Counted from the stretch's first letter, positions 46,710 to 58,244 are shown. The stretch is DNA of 64,000 nucleotides from Acidimicrobiia bacterium (GCA_965203555.1 CBDBCY010000004.1:2880001-2944000); one strand, 5' to 3'. Translations and numbers: made by a program. Notes: generated by a model not told the origin, from the sequence alone.

Positions 46710-47576
46710 CTAGCTTGCGGCCGAAGCAAGGGCCTGGGCCAGTCCCCGGCGCGTGTAGACGGCAACCACGTTGCGCTTCCAGTCGGCGCTGCCCCGCACG
46801 TCGGACTCTGGATCCGACGCAGCAGCGGCGGCCGATCCGGCCTCGGCGAACAACTCGTCCGACGGCATTTCGCCTTGCAACAAGTCTTCGGCGGCCGACG
46901 CCCGGGTGTTCTGGTAGTTGACGGCGGTGAGACCGATCCCGGCCTGGGCGATGCTCCCGTCGTCGGCCAGTTCCAACTGGGTGGCGACCCCCACGGTGGC
47001 GTAGTCGCCGATCTTGCGCTCCAGCTTCATGTAGGCGCCGCCCGTGGCGCCCGACGGTAACGGAATGCAGACCCCGGTGACCATCTCTCCCGGTTCCAGG
47101 GAATTGGTGAAGAAGCTCACGATGAAGTCGTCGATGCCGATTCGCCGGCTTCCCGAGGAGCTTTGCACCATTACGTCGGCGCGGGCGGCCAGCATCACCG
47201 AGTTCCAGTCGCCCTCCGGATCACAGTGGGCCACCGATCCACACACCGTGCCGCGGTTGCGGACCAGCGGGTCGGAGATCCAGGGAGCGGCGGAAGAGAC
47301 CACCTCCGAGGCTTTGGCGTCGTCAGACCGGACGACATCGTTGTGCCGGGCCAGGGCGCCGATGCACAGCGACCCGTTCTCCCTCCTTATATAGGAGAGT
47401 TCCGAAATCCGGTTGATGTCGACCAGGTGGGCGGGAGCGGCCAGATGAAACTTCATCATGGGGATGAGACTCTGGCCTCCCGCCAAGACTCGTCCCTCGT
47501 CTCCTAATTCCGCCAAGGCGGCCAGAGCACCTTCCAGGGTGTCCGGCGCCTGGTATTCAAATGCAGGTGGGTACAT
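46710..47576 (-). CDS. coxM: CO dehydrogenase medium (FAD) subunit
   Basis: LAGGQSLIP, VRNRGT.CGS.AH.DP, KLERKIGDYA. Confidence 0.95.
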   Translation of the reverse strand: MYPPAFEYQAPDTLEGALAALAELGDEGRVLAGGQSLIPMMKFHLAAPAHLVDINRISELSYIRRENGSLCIGALARHNDVVRSDDAKASEVVSSAAPWISDPLVRNRGTVCGSVAHCDPEGDWNSVMLAARADVMVQSSSGSRRIGIDDFIVSFFTNSLEPGEMVTGVCIPLPSGATGGAYMKLERKIGDYATVGVATQLELADDGSIAQAGIGLTAVNYQNTRASAAEDLLQGEMPSDELFAEAGSAAAAASDPESDVRGSADWKRNVVAVYTRRGLAQALASAAS

Positions 47577-48035
47577 ACCTCGCTCGACCTCCTCATTACG
47601 GTTTCTTGACGGATGTTTTCTTGCTCTCTAGTTACCCTAGCCGACGGACCGGCCGTTTACGGGTTAACCGGCACATCTTTGTTCTGACCTGGAATTTTAT
47701 GAAATGCCGGTTGTGTTAATAGGGGTGTTTGGTTGGTGAACAGCCTCTGTTCCACCAGCGGTTATCCGGTGCGTCGTGGCGAAGGCGCCCCGGCACTTGA
47801 TTGATGCCGCCACCGACGAATCAACATCCGCGAAACGGGATACGAAAACAACAGGCAGGATGGCGAGCCCGTCAAGGATCCGCTCCGGCCACACCGCTCT
47901 CTCCCGCCATGCAGCCCTTTGCCTTCCGCCCTTAGGCCGTCCGCCTCAGGTTTCCCATTAGCCCATCCGGCACATGTGTCAACCTTGACGGCGGCAGTTG
48001 TCAATAGCGACACCTGCATTCAGGCGCCAGGGAAA

Positions 48036-48848
48036 TCAGGCTGGGGGAGAATGAATGTCAGCTGCGTTGAAGGTGTAGTTGAAGCGCCGGCACCAGATGG
48101 CTACCGTCAGGTAATCGTCCAGGTTGACATCGGCAGGCACTTCGTAGTTCTGGTTTCCCTTGTTGCCCTTCAGGTCCCCCAGCGATAAGTACTCCGTCGC
48201 TGAGTAAGCGCCCCGATCGTCGACCAGTGGCGAAGCGGAGAGGATCACCAGCAGGTCGGGTCCGTTTGACACTGCCAGGTCTTCGAAGCGGACCACGTGG
48301 GAACCGTCGGGTTGCCGGTAGACCAGCACGGTTCCCGTTCCGGGATGCCCCAGGCTGATCCACTCCGAGCGCGAGAGCAGCACCGGCCCCTCGGGGACTG
48401 CTTCGGTCGTGGTTGTGGTGGGAGGCAGGGTAGTTGTGGTGGTGGCCTCGGTGGTTGTCTGCGGTTCCTGCGGAGTCGGAACAGTGGTGGCAGGTGGACT
48501 TTCCTGCTCCTCTTCGGTGGCCGGAGAGGAACCCCGCTCCCGGTCTTCGATGGTTGGTGAAGTGGCGTCCAGGGTGGTGGTGGTCATTGCCGAATCGTCA
48601 GGCGCAGTGGTTGCCGGAGCAGCGGTAGTGGCGGGCGCCTCGGCCGCGAGCGCGGCGCCGGTAGTTGGGGTTGTGGCAATGGCCACGGGCGTCGGGAAGT
48701 CCTCGTTCACCTCTTCGTCGATGAACAACTTGTGGGGCTCGAAGTAGGCAATAACGAAGATTCCCAACCCCACGGCGACCACGGCGATGATGATCTTGGT
48801 CCGGATGCTCAATCCCAAAAGAAAACGGAGAAATCGTTTCACTATCAA
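48036..48848 (-). CDS. Membrane-anchored DM13 domain protein
   Basis: N-terminal TM, T/P/E linker, H.GTG.V, NGPDL.V.L, LG.LKGN.GNQNY, V.IWC..F. Confidence 0.88.
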   Translation of the reverse strand: MIVKRFLRFLLGLSIRTKIIIAVVAVGLGIFVIAYFEPHKLFIDEEVNEDFPTPVAIATTPTTGAALAAEAPATTAAPATTAPDDSAMTTTTLDATSPTIEDRERGSSPATEEEQESPPATTVPTPQEPQTTTEATTTTTLPPTTTTTEAVPEGPVLLSRSEWISLGHPGTGTVLVYRQPDGSHVVRFEDLAVSNGPDLLVILSASPLVDDRGAYSATEYLSLGDLKGNKGNQNYEVPADVNLDDYLTVAIWCRRFNYTFNAADIHSPPA

Positions 48849-48872
48849 CCTCCAGGATCAAAACTAGGCGGC

Positions 48873-50372
48873 TCAGCGGGATATGTCGGGGTCGTTTTGG
48901 ATCACCCGGGTTCGGATGGTAAAAACCGAGTCTCCGGACAAGACTCCTCCCCTACCGAACAGGCGGCCGCCCTCCCAGTTGGAGAGCCCCAACTCCGGGC
49001 GATTCAAGGCGAACTGCCCGTCCACCCAGCGGGTGAACCCGTTACCTACGAAAGGAGAATCGACCGTCTCGTAGAAGCGTTCCTGGGCGACAGGATCCTC
49101 GTCTATCAGGCTGGCCACCAGCTTGGGGCTCTGGGTGTTGAACAACTCGACCGCCTCCTCCACGCTGTCCACCACGGTCAAGGTCACTTCAGGGCTCTCC
49201 TCCCACTCCCACTCGGCGCCCAGGCCGTCATCGGCGATAATCTCGGTGATCATCTCGGTCACCTCACCCTCGGCTCTGGTGACGGTGTCGGCGCGGAACC
49301 ACTCGTCCGGAACCAAGTCCCTGTCTCTCTCGGTGACCCACAGTTTGGGATTGACCCCGCGCGCCGACGCCGCTCTGTTGAGAGAATCGAGGAACACCGG
49401 CGCCAACTCTTCCGAGCGGGAACGGACGATGGCGCAGACGTTGAGCGTGTTGCAAACCTTGCGATCGAGCGAGTTCCGCACCGCCTTGGCAAAGCGCGAC
49501 GTGTCTGCGTTGGGACCGGCCACCATCCACCCGCCGCCCGTGCCGTGCAGGCTCACCGAGATGCCGCTCTGACGGGCGACGGCGCCCAATTGGCCGACTG
49601 CGAAGCCTGAGCCCCGGGCCACCGCCAAAGACAATTCGGGCTGGGAGAACAGCGCCCAGCCCACCGCGTGGGTGGGACTGTCCACGAGGCCGACTGACCC
49701 TTCTGGAAGTCCGGTCTCGGCCAGCGCCGGATCCAGGGCGTGCTTCACGATGGCCCGGGCCGTTCCGAGAGCTGCAGACCCGATCCGAAACACCACCGTG
49801 TTGCCCGATCGCAGCACCCCGGTGGCGTCGGCGAAGACGTTGGGACGTCCTTCGAACACGAACCCGACCACTCCCAGACCCGACCGCACCAATTGTGCTT
49901 CCCATCCGGAGTGGGGCACCTTTTCGACGATCTCCCCCCGACCCGACCGGGCATCCCGCCAGGTACGCAAACCTTCCACCATGTTGGCGCGCATCTTGTC
50001 GGACAGCACCAACCGGGTGGTGGTGCGCCCCCGTGCCTGGGCCGCCTCCACATCGGCCCGGTTGGCTTCGGCGATGGGAGCGAAAGCTTCGTCGTCGGCC
50101 AGTAGCCTGGCCAACGCATCGTAGAAGTCGGTGATCTGTTGATCGGTGACCGCTCCCAGCCTGTCGAACGCCCGGTGAGCCCGGGCCACGGCCTTCTCGG
50201 CTATCTCCCAGTCGGCCGCGGGAATGCGCAGCAGATCACCGGTGGACTGAACCACCACCAACCGGTCACCCGGCCCGAAAATGGAGGCCAATTCCTCGCT
50301 CACCACCGTGACCCGATCTCCCCCGTAGGGAATCGCCATTCCCGGCGTCAAGTGGGTCAACTGTTCATTCAT
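48873..50372 (-). CDS. proA: Glutamate-5-semialdehyde dehydrogenase-like (ProA/ALDH family) with N-terminal extension
   Basis: GLGVVGFVFEGRPNV, LRSGN, ARGSG, HGTGG, KVCNTLN, FTRWVDG. Confidence 0.8.
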   Translation of the reverse strand: MNEQLTHLTPGMAIPYGGDRVTVVSEELASIFGPGDRLVVVQSTGDLLRIPAADWEIAEKAVARAHRAFDRLGAVTDQQITDFYDALARLLADDEAFAPIAEANRADVEAAQARGRTTTRLVLSDKMRANMVEGLRTWRDARSGRGEIVEKVPHSGWEAQLVRSGLGVVGFVFEGRPNVFADATGVLRSGNTVVFRIGSAALGTARAIVKHALDPALAETGLPEGSVGLVDSPTHAVGWALFSQPELSLAVARGSGFAVGQLGAVARQSGISVSLHGTGGGWMVAGPNADTSRFAKAVRNSLDRKVCNTLNVCAIVRSRSEELAPVFLDSLNRAASARGVNPKLWVTERDRDLVPDEWFRADTVTRAEGEVTEMITEIIADDGLGAEWEWEESPEVTLTVVDSVEEAVELFNTQSPKLVASLIDEDPVAQERFYETVDSPFVGNGFTRWVDGQFALNRPELGLSNWEGGRLFGRGGVLSGDSVFTIRTRVIQNDPDISR

Positions 50373-50437
50373 CAGGTTCAGAAGGATACCGGAGCGAAAG
50401 GAATGCCCGACCCCGCCTCTGGTGGCACCTCGTGGGT

Positions 50438-50668
50438 CTATGTTCGTTCTAGGAGATAATGGAGGACTTGTGAAACTCCCAAAGCACCATAAGCCATCCA
50501 GATCTGCCGCTTCATGCGGGTTTCGAATCTGTCGAGCACTCCGCCCAGGTTGGCAAACATCTGATCGAGCGCCTCCACCGGGTCGCGTTTCGGCAACTCC
50601 AACTCCGCTCCGGTGGTGGGCACTGGAATGTCATTGGCGTGGGTCCCCCACGCCTGAAGGCATCGCAT
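50438..50668 (-). CDS. Possible small protein with C-terminal hydrophobic segment; start uncertain
   Basis: LDRFETRMKRQIW followed by a hydrophobic tail; fills the intergenic gap. Confidence 0.35.
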   Translation of the reverse strand: MRCLQAWGTHANDIPVPTTGAELELPKRDPVEALDQMFANLGGVLDRFETRMKRQIWMAYGALGVSQVLHYLLERT

Positions 50669-50788
50669 TTCGCCTATTAAGACTCGTTATATCCCTTCGA
50701 CCCTCCATTTCCATCAGCCTACTCCGGGCCCATCCTGTGGCGCCATAAGAAATCCGGACCTTTTGAACAGGTATACTTTCGGGCGGGT

Positions 50789-51190
50789 ATGGAACTGGTC
50801 GACTATTTGCCGGTGGCGGTGATGCTGGTGCTGGCCACCGGCTTTGTGGCTGTGTCGCTGGTGGTTTCCCGTCTGATGTCTCCTCACCGCCCCACTCCCG
50901 AAAAGCTCGCTCCCTACGAGTGCGGGATCATCGCTGAGGGGGAACCCAGCACCCGCTTTCCCATCAAGTTCTACATGGTGGCGATGCTGTTCGTGGTATT
51001 CGACGTTGAGATCATCTTCCTTTTCGCCTGGGCCTCCCGTTTCAACGGTCTGGGGTGGTTCGGTATCGGCGCGATGGCCATCTTCACCTTCTTCGTGATC
51101 GAGACGCTGATCTATGTTTGGAAGCGGGGCGCCCTGGACTGGAACGTCCCCGGCCGCCGGCGTTACCTGCCCACCACAGAGACAAGCTGA
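50789..51190 (+). CDS. nuoA: NADH-quinone oxidoreductase subunit A
   Basis: [27 protein letters not shown]. Confidence 0.96.
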   Translation: MELVDYLPVAVMLVLATGFVAVSLVVSRLMSPHRPTPEKLAPYECGIIAEGEPSTRFPIKFYMVAMLFVVFDVEIIFLFAWASRFNGLGWFGIGAMAIFTFFVIETLIYVWKRGALDWNVPGRRRYLPTTETS

Positions 51191-51192
51191 CC

Positions 51193-51665
<473 letters not shown>

Positions 51666-51666
<1 letters not shown>

Positions 51667-52145
51667 TGTCGGACAACGAGGTTCTCGACCCGCTTATGGC
51701 GAAGTTCCCCAATGCCCGCTGGGAGATTTCAGAGCACCAGTGGCTGGTGGATGTGGACCGCTCCCAACTGGCCGAACTGGCGGCGGCCTGCAAAGACGCC
51801 GGCTTCGAGATGTGTGTCGACATCACCGCGGTTGACTGGTACCGCAAGCGACGTACCCGGTTCCAGGTGGTGGTGAACCTCCTGTCCCACCAGCACGGTC
51901 GGCGGCTTCGGATCACCACCGGCGTTCCCGCCGATGACCCGGTGGCGCCCTCGTTGTGCCCGGTTTATCCCGGAGCGGGCTTTCCAGAGCGAGAGGTCTA
52001 CGATCTGTACGGTATCACCTTTGACGGCCATCCCGACCTGACACGGATTCTGATGCCGGACGAATGGGAGGGGCATCCCCTTCGGAAGGACTATTCGGTG
52101 GGTTCGGTCCCGGTTCGTTTCAAAGCCTCCCCCCAGGTGATCTGA
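51666..52145 (+). CDS. nuoC: NADH-quinone oxidoreductase subunit C
   Basis: DITAVD, ERE.YDLYGI.F.GHPDL.RILMP..W.GHPLRKDY. Confidence 0.95.
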
Positions 52146-52146
52146 G

Positions 52147-53484
52147 ATGGCCGACAGGACGTTGTTGGAGACTTGGGTTTCGGGCACCGAAGAGCCCGAC
52201 GCCATGCACACCGGCGAGGGCGCCCAGGAGATGGCCGCCCAAGAGAGCGGCTACCGGTTCCGCGAGCAACTGGGAGCGGTGGTGACCGACGATTACCTGT
52301 ACGAGGAGGAGGTCTCCGAAGATGAGCGGATGATCGTCAACATGGGACCCCAGCACCCATCTACCCACGGAGTGCTGCGCCTGCAACTGGAGTTGGAGGG
52401 GGAGATGATCCGCCGGTGCCGGCCGGTGATCGGGTATCTGCACACCGGGATGGAGAAGACTGCCGAGACCCTCACCTTCATGCAGGGCCCGACCAACGTC
52501 ACCCGCATGGACTACTTGGCGCCACTACACAATGAACTTGCCTACTCACTGGCCACCGAGCAACTGCTGGAAGTGGAGGTCCCGCCTCGGGCGGCCGCCA
52601 TCCGGGTGCTGATGACCGAACTGAACCGGGTGTCCTCGCACCTGGTGGCGCTGGCTACCAACGGGATGGACATCGGTGCGATCTCGATGATGATGTACGG
52701 GTTCCGGGAGCGGGAGTTGATCCTCGCGTTCTTCGAGAAGACCACCGGGCTTCGCATGAACCACAACTACATCCGTCCCGGAGGGGTGGCCGCCGACCTG
52801 CCGCCCGGTTGGCGCAAGGATGTAAAACAGATACTGAAGACCATCCCCAGGAGGCTGGGGGAGTACGACGATCTCTTGCGTGACAACCCCATCTGGCTGG
52901 CCCGCACCCAGGGAGTGGGGGTGATCAGCCCCGAAGAATGCCGGGCCTACAGCATCACCGGACCCATCCTGCGAGCGACCGGCGTGAACTGGGATCTACG
53001 AAAGGTCTTCCCCTATTCGGGCATCGAACAATACGAGTTCGACGTGCCGGTGGGAACCCACGGTGACGTTTACGACCGCTACCGGGTGCGCGTGAATGAG
53101 ATCGTCCAGTCGCTTCGCATCGTCGAGCAGGCGGCGGAGATGATGCCGTTCGGGGACTTCCGGGTGGACGATCGCAAGGTGACGCCTCCGCCACGGGCGC
53201 GCATCGACGAGTCGATGGAAGCCCTGATCCATCACTTCAAGATTTTTACCGAGGGCTTTCGGGCACCTCCGGGAGAAACTTATGCGGCCATCGAGTCGCC
53301 CCGGGGAGAGCTTGGCTGTTACCTCGTGTCCGACGGGGGCGGAAAGCCTTGGCGCTGTCACATTCGGGCGCCGTCCTTCTATAACCTTCAGGCTCTGCCG
53401 GTGATGCTGGCCGACTCGATGGTGGCCGACACCATCGCGACCATCGCCTCACTCGATCCCGTGATGGGAGACGTGGACCGCTAA
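52147..53484 (+). CDS. nuoD: NADH-quinone oxidoreductase subunit D
   Basis: NMGPQHPSTHGVLRL, GYLHTG.EK, ESMEALIHHFK, ESPRGE, DPVMGDVDR. Confidence 0.97.
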   Translation: MADRTLLETWVSGTEEPDAMHTGEGAQEMAAQESGYRFREQLGAVVTDDYLYEEEVSEDERMIVNMGPQHPSTHGVLRLQLELEGEMIRRCRPVIGYLHTGMEKTAETLTFMQGPTNVTRMDYLAPLHNELAYSLATEQLLEVEVPPRAAAIRVLMTELNRVSSHLVALATNGMDIGAISMMMYGFRERELILAFFEKTTGLRMNHNYIRPGGVAADLPPGWRKDVKQILKTIPRRLGEYDDLLRDNPIWLARTQGVGVISPEECRAYSITGPILRATGVNWDLRKVFPYSGIEQYEFDVPVGTHGDVYDRYRVRVNEIVQSLRIVEQAAEMMPFGDFRVDDRKVTPPPRARIDESMEALIHHFKIFTEGFRAPPGETYAAIESPRGELGCYLVSDGGGKPWRCHIRAPSFYNLQALPVMLADSMVADTIATIASLDPVMGDVDR

Positions 53485-53487
53485 CCC

Positions 53488-54336
53488 ATGGAACGGCGAC
53501 GAATCCGGCTGGAGGGATCGGCCGTTTCCGTCAACGTGGATGGTCAACAGTTGGTAGCCGACGACGGGCGGCGTGTGGCCGAGTCGGAAGCTGTCTACCT
53601 TCCGCCGGTCATCCCGCAGAAGATCATCTGCATCCATCTCAACTACCTGAGCCGGGTGGCGGAATATCAGATCAGGATGCCTTCAACACCCACCTACTTC
53701 CACAAACCGGTGAGTTCGCTCAACGTCCACCGCGGAGAGGTAATCCGTCCGAAGGGTTGCCGGTTTCTCAACTACGAGGGAGAGGTCGCCATCGTGATCG
53801 GACGCAAATGCAGAAACGTCACCCGTGAGGAGGCGGCCGAATACATCGGCGGGTACGCGATAGCCAACGACTTCGGCATCCACGACTTTCGTGACACGGA
53901 CGCCGGTTCCATGCTGAGGGTGAAAGGATCCGACAGCCTCTGCCCCGTCGGGCCGGGGGTGGTCTCCGACTGGGATCCGGTCGGCAGGTCCATTCGTACC
54001 TACGTGAACGGCGAACTGCGCCAGGAGGGAAATACCGGCGAGATGATCTGGGACTTCTCCTACCTCGTTGCCGACCTGGCTCGCACCATCACGCTCCTCC
54101 CCGGCGACCTTATCCTCAGCGGCACGCCGGCCAACTCTCGTCCGGTGCAACCCGGCGATGTGGTGACCGTGGAAGTTGATGGTCTGGGAGCACTGATCAA
54201 CACCGTAGCCGAAAGTGGCGCGGTCGACCCCACTGTAGGAGCGCAACCCACCCGTTCGGAGGAAGTAGTGTCCACCGCGCTGGGAGGGGATTGGGAGCTT
54301 CGAGGCATCCGACCACCTGCCCGAAGGGGTTCATAA
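53488..54336 (+). CDS. Fumarylacetoacetate hydrolase family protein
   Basis: KIIC..LNY, F.KP, YEGE, IAND, K..D, GDLILSGTP. Confidence 0.92.
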   Translation: MERRRIRLEGSAVSVNVDGQQLVADDGRRVAESEAVYLPPVIPQKIICIHLNYLSRVAEYQIRMPSTPTYFHKPVSSLNVHRGEVIRPKGCRFLNYEGEVAIVIGRKCRNVTREEAAEYIGGYAIANDFGIHDFRDTDAGSMLRVKGSDSLCPVGPGVVSDWDPVGRSIRTYVNGELRQEGNTGEMIWDFSYLVADLARTITLLPGDLILSGTPANSRPVQPGDVVTVEVDGLGALINTVAESGAVDPTVGAQPTRSEEVVSTALGGDWELRGIRPPARRGS

Positions 54337-54377
54337 CCACCGTCCAGTCGGATTTGTGTCAGGCGGCGCCGTGCGTT

Positions 54378-55145
54378 TCATCCCTGGACAGAGAAACCCC
54401 CGTCGATGCGGATCTCGGCGCCGGTGGTGAAAGAGGATGCGTCGGAGGCGAGATAGGCGGCGATGCCTTCAAACTCCTCGATGGTTCCCCATCTGGCCAT
54501 GGGGACCCGGTGTCTTATGTACTGGGTGAAGTCGTCGCGTTGCTGTTCGGGTCCGGTCATCTCGGTGGCGATCCATCCCGGGCTGACCGCGTTGACCCGT
54601 ATGCGGTGGGGCGCCAGGGCAACTGCCAGGGTCTTCACCAATCCCAGTTGGGCGGCTTTGCTGGCGGCGTAGTGGGGGAGGCGTGGGACCCCGAAGCTGG
54701 CGGCGACCGACGAGGTAACCACGATGGACCCTCCGTCACCCTGTTCGATCATAACCTCAGTGGCGGAGCGGACCGGCAGCATGGTACCGGCCGCGTTGAC
54801 CTTCATCGTTATGTTCCATTCTCGCAGCGACAGGTCGGGAAAGAGGGCGCCCCGTCCGATGCCGGCGTTGGCGAAAATCGAGTCGATCCGTCCGAACCGA
54901 TGCAGGGTCGCTTGCGTGGCCGCCTCGACCCGTTCCTCGGAGGTGACGTCGCAGTCCACCCCGAGAGCCTGGGCGCCCAGGCCCTGTAACTCCTCGACGG
55001 CTGCGAGGTTGTATTCGGTGCTTCGTCCCCACACGGCAACCGCCGCTCCCGCCTTGGCCACCCCCCGGGCCATGCCCAGCCCTATGCCCCGGTTGCCCCC
55101 GGTGACCACCGCCACCCGTCCGGTCAGGTCGAACAATTCCACCAC
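54378..55145 (-). CDS. Short-chain dehydrogenase/reductase
   Basis: TGGNRGIG, ANAGI, YAASK, RVNAVSPG, IDGG; GTG start inferred. Confidence 0.92.
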   Translation of the reverse strand: MVELFDLTGRVAVVTGGNRGIGLGMARGVAKAGAAVAVWGRSTEYNLAAVEELQGLGAQALGVDCDVTSEERVEAATQATLHRFGRIDSIFANAGIGRGALFPDLSLREWNITMKVNAAGTMLPVRSATEVMIEQGDGGSIVVTSSVAASFGVPRLPHYAASKAAQLGLVKTLAVALAPHRIRVNAVSPGWIATEMTGPEQQRDDFTQYIRHRVPMARWGTIEEFEGIAAYLASDASSFTTGAEIRIDGGFSVQG

Positions 55146-55640
55146 AAAGAGGCTACCAGGAGCTTTGATTGCATCAGGGAGGCGCCATGAGTGAACAGAC
55201 GGAAGTGTTGGTGATAGACGCCGGGAGAGAACAGTGGGAATAACACGGGAGACGGGCGTGGCGGCAATCGAGTTGCAGGAACCCGGCCACGAGGCCCCGG
55301 GCGACCCCAGGAACCAGTTTCCACGGCGTGCGCCTGGAGATTGAGAAGGTGTGCACCGAGATGGCCGAGTTGGAGACCGGGCCGGGTGACGAGATGCGGG
55401 AGTTGAGAGGAGGCTGTCTGATCGGATCGCAGGAGTCAAACGGACCCTACGGCGTCGCGCTGGTGATCAGGATGTCCGTCATGGGGGCGATGATTGCCTG
55501 GATATGAGGGGTCGGAAAAAATGCCCACTTTCCAGGGCCGGGAAGGCTGGTTGCTAGTAGCGTGAAGGGGGCAAAGGCGGCTTGCGACCCGCCTATTCGG
55601 TTTGTGAGTTGCGTCTTTGGTTTTTCTAGATGAGGAGCAG

Positions 55641-56651
55641 ATGAAAATGATGGGTAAGAAGCGTTCTGTAGTAAAGGCGACGGTCTTTCTAGCCGCCCTG
55701 GCGTTGGTGGCGGCTGCTTGTGGCTCTGATGATCCGGAGTCCACCTCTCTCAAGGTAGGTTTTTCCGGTCAGCCTGACTTCACGCAGATCATGAACTTCA
55801 CGTGGATCGATGATCTGAACGACGAGCATGGCATTGCCGCCGAGGCGGTGATCTTCGAAGGGACCTCACCGCCTTTCCGCGCGCTGGTTTCCGGTGATGT
55901 GGACATGGTTGTCGGGCAGGTCCCGCCGGGCATCAAGCTCCGGGCGGAGACCGGCGCCGACGTGGTGATGATCGCCGGTGACGTCCGCCAGTCGGACTAC
56001 ATCCTGGTGTCCTCACCGGATGTGACCACACTTGAGCAGCTGTACGGTCGCCAGATCGGCACCGCCGGTCCGGGGGCGGTGAGCACGTCACTGTCGGTGG
56101 CCGCTCTCACCCGAGAAGGCATCAACATCGACGACCTGGAATTCGTCGAGGTGGGAGGCACTTCCGCTCGGATGGCCGCGCTGGTGTCGGGGCAGACCGC
56201 AGCCGGCGCTGCGCACTTCGCCGAAGGCTTCAACGCGGTGGAGGAGGGCTTGCATCCTCTGTATGTGATCGCCGACGCGGTGGGTCCCTATCTCTTCCAC
56301 GGGGTGTGGGTCGACCGGGCGTGGCTGGACGAGAATCCCAATCTTGCGCAGCTGGCGATGGACGAGTTCATCGACTCGGTGCGCTGGGCCGCCAACAACA
56401 AGGCGGAATACATTGCGGCGGCCGCCGATGTCACCGAAGGACTGTCGGAGGCGGCCAAGGACCGGGCCTATGACGAGTTCATCCGCATCGGTCTGTTCGC
56501 CGTGAACGGCGGGCTGCAGCCCGAGTTGCTGCAGGCCACCATCGCTATCGAGCAGGAAGTCGACAACCTTCCCGCCCAGGTCGAAGATCCGGCCAACTGG
56601 GTGGTCACCGACTTGGTGGACGACTACCTGGAGCGCAACGGCACGCAATAA
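55641..56651 (+). CDS. ABC transporter substrate-binding lipoprotein (NMT1/SsuA-like)
   Basis: Lipobox VAAAC, ALVSGDVD, L.G.QIG..GPG, R.AALVSGQ. Confidence 0.88.
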   Translation: MKMMGKKRSVVKATVFLAALALVAAACGSDDPESTSLKVGFSGQPDFTQIMNFTWIDDLNDEHGIAAEAVIFEGTSPPFRALVSGDVDMVVGQVPPGIKLRAETGADVVMIAGDVRQSDYILVSSPDVTTLEQLYGRQIGTAGPGAVSTSLSVAALTREGINIDDLEFVEVGGTSARMAALVSGQTAAGAAHFAEGFNAVEEGLHPLYVIADAVGPYLFHGVWVDRAWLDENPNLAQLAMDEFIDSVRWAANNKAEYIAAAADVTEGLSEAAKDRAYDEFIRIGLFAVNGGLQPELLQATIAIEQEVDNLPAQVEDPANWVVTDLVDDYLERNGTQ

Positions 56652-56668
56652 ACCACAAGCGGGAACTT

Positions 56669-56769
56669 TCCTCCCGGTTCGGCATCCCCGCCGGGAGGAG
56701 GGGCCTGCCCTGATGTGCGGGGAGGTGTCCCCGTCGCAAGTGGGCGGCGGTGGCGGAGGACACCTCCCC
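56669..56769 (+). other. Two tandem GC-rich hairpins after the SBP gene
   Basis: tcctcccgg/ccgggagga (56669-56699) and ggggaggtgtcc/ggacacctcccc (56719-56769); no U-tract. Confidence 0.7.
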
Positions 56770-56796
56770 GGGTGGGGAACCTAGAAAGGAACTTGC

Positions 56797-57012
56797 ATGG
56801 CTGAGGGTGACCGGATTGAACTCGACTACGACTTTTGCTATCAGAGTGGCGAATGCGTGCTGTTCGCGCCTGACGTGTACCGGTTTGGCGACGACGGGTT
56901 TCCTGAGTTGGTGGAGGGGGGAGTGGCCAAGACGCCCACGTCCGTTCTCGCCGGGACAGTAGAGAACTGCCCCTCCGGGGCGATAACTTTGCTTTCGAAG
57001 GATGGTGTCTGA
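56797..57012 (+). CDS. P450-associated ferredoxin (3Fe-4S type)
   Basis: CYQSGEC...AP.V...CPSGAI; RBS aagga; abuts P450. Confidence 0.9.
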   Translation: MAEGDRIELDYDFCYQSGECVLFAPDVYRFGDDGFPELVEGGVAKTPTSVLAGTVENCPSGAITLLSKDGV

Positions 57013-58244
57013 TGGAAGGACCTCCAGGTTTTGACAGCATCACTTTGAGGGGCTACGCCGCCGTTCGGGGGGCGCTCACCAACAACGACCTGTCGCGAAG
57101 TCTCGACCGCGAGCGCTTCGAGAAGGGAAACCTCAAGGAGGGCACACTGTCGGTACTGCACGGCGCCGAGCATCGGGAACGGCGGCGCATGGAAAACAGG
57201 CTTTTCCGCCGGGACATGTTCGAGTTGTACGAAAACGAACTGTTTCCCGACATCGTGGCTCACACGCTGGACAGTTATGTCGACCCGGTCGAGTCCGACC
57301 TGATGGAGATCGGGGGACTGGTCTCGGTGGTGCTGGCCTGCCGCACCGCCGGGATCGACTTCGACTGGAATTCCCTGCCGGACCGCCAGCGTCTCCGGTA
57401 CTTCCTGCACGAGTTCGCCCTGGGGGGCGCTATCGACTCGGCCAAGGGGGATCCGGAGGTGATCAAGGCCCGGATGCGAGAGGTGTTCGGGGAATTCCGC
57501 TCGGAGTTCCTCACCGATTCCAGGGAGAGTCGCTCCTTCACGGTGAAGCGGCGCACGGCCGGGGAACGGGTGGAACTTCTGTACGACATTCTGACCACCC
57601 TGCTGGTCAACCAGCCCACCTCGGGGATGAGCACCGACCTGATCGAGCGGGAGTCCACCCTGTTCTTCTCGGCCGGCGCCCACACCAGCACCCAGACCCT
57701 GACCAACACCGCCCACCATCTCTTCGAATGGTGCCGGGAGAACCCCGAGGACCGGGAGCGGGTGGTGAGTGACCCGGCCTTTGCCCAGCGAAGCGTCCAC
57801 GAGGCGCTGCGGGTGCGTCCCACCAACCCGGGCATCCTGCGCCGGGCGCTGGTCGACACCGAAGTGGCGGGACGGACGGTTGGCAAGGGAGTGGTGTGCG
57901 TGTTGGACACCATTTCGGCCAACACCGACCCGGAGGTCTATGGTCACGACGCCCATCTCTTCAATCCCAACCGGGAGGTTCCCGACGGCATCCCGCCGTA
58001 CGGGATGAGCTTCGGGGCGGGGATGCACTTTTGCATCGGGCGCACCCTGGCGGTGGGACTGCCCCAGCGCCGTGGAGTGGCCCCTCCGGCCAACCATCTC
58101 TACGGGATGGTTCCCATCGCCTTGCAGGCCGTGTTCAGGCGGGGAGTGGGACCGCATCCGCAAAAGCCCGGTGTGCCCGACACGAAGACCCGCCGCTGGA
58201 CGCGGTGGCTCAGCTATCCGGTGGTGTTCGACGGCGCCGCGTGA
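57012..58244 (+). CDS. Cytochrome P450
   Basis: H...RR, I-helix AGAHT, EALR, heme motif FGAGMHFCIG. Confidence 0.92.
   Translation: MEGPPGFDSITLRGYAAVRGALTNNDLSRSLDRERFEKGNLKEGTLSVLHGAEHRERRRMENRLFRRDMFELYENELFPDIVAHTLDSYVDPVESDLMEIGGLVSVVLACRTAGIDFDWNSLPDRQRLRYFLHEFALGGAIDSAKGDPEVIKARMREVFGEFRSEFLTDSRESRSFTVKRRTAGERVELLYDILTTLLVNQPTSGMSTDLIERESTLFFSAGAHTSTQTLTNTAHHLFEWCRENPEDRERVVSDPAFAQRSVHEALRVRPTNPGILRRALVDTEVAGRTVGKGVVCVLDTISANTDPEVYGHDAHLFNPNREVPDGIPPYGMSFGAGMHFCIGRTLAVGLPQRRGVAPPANHLYGMVPIALQAVFRRGVGPHPQKPGVPDTKTRRWTRWLSYPVVFDGAA

Noticed and set aside
47970-48012. Palindrome gtcaaccttgac upstream of coxM as an operator
   Set aside because: Short, ~400 bp from coxM, and no cognate regulator nearby; insufficient support
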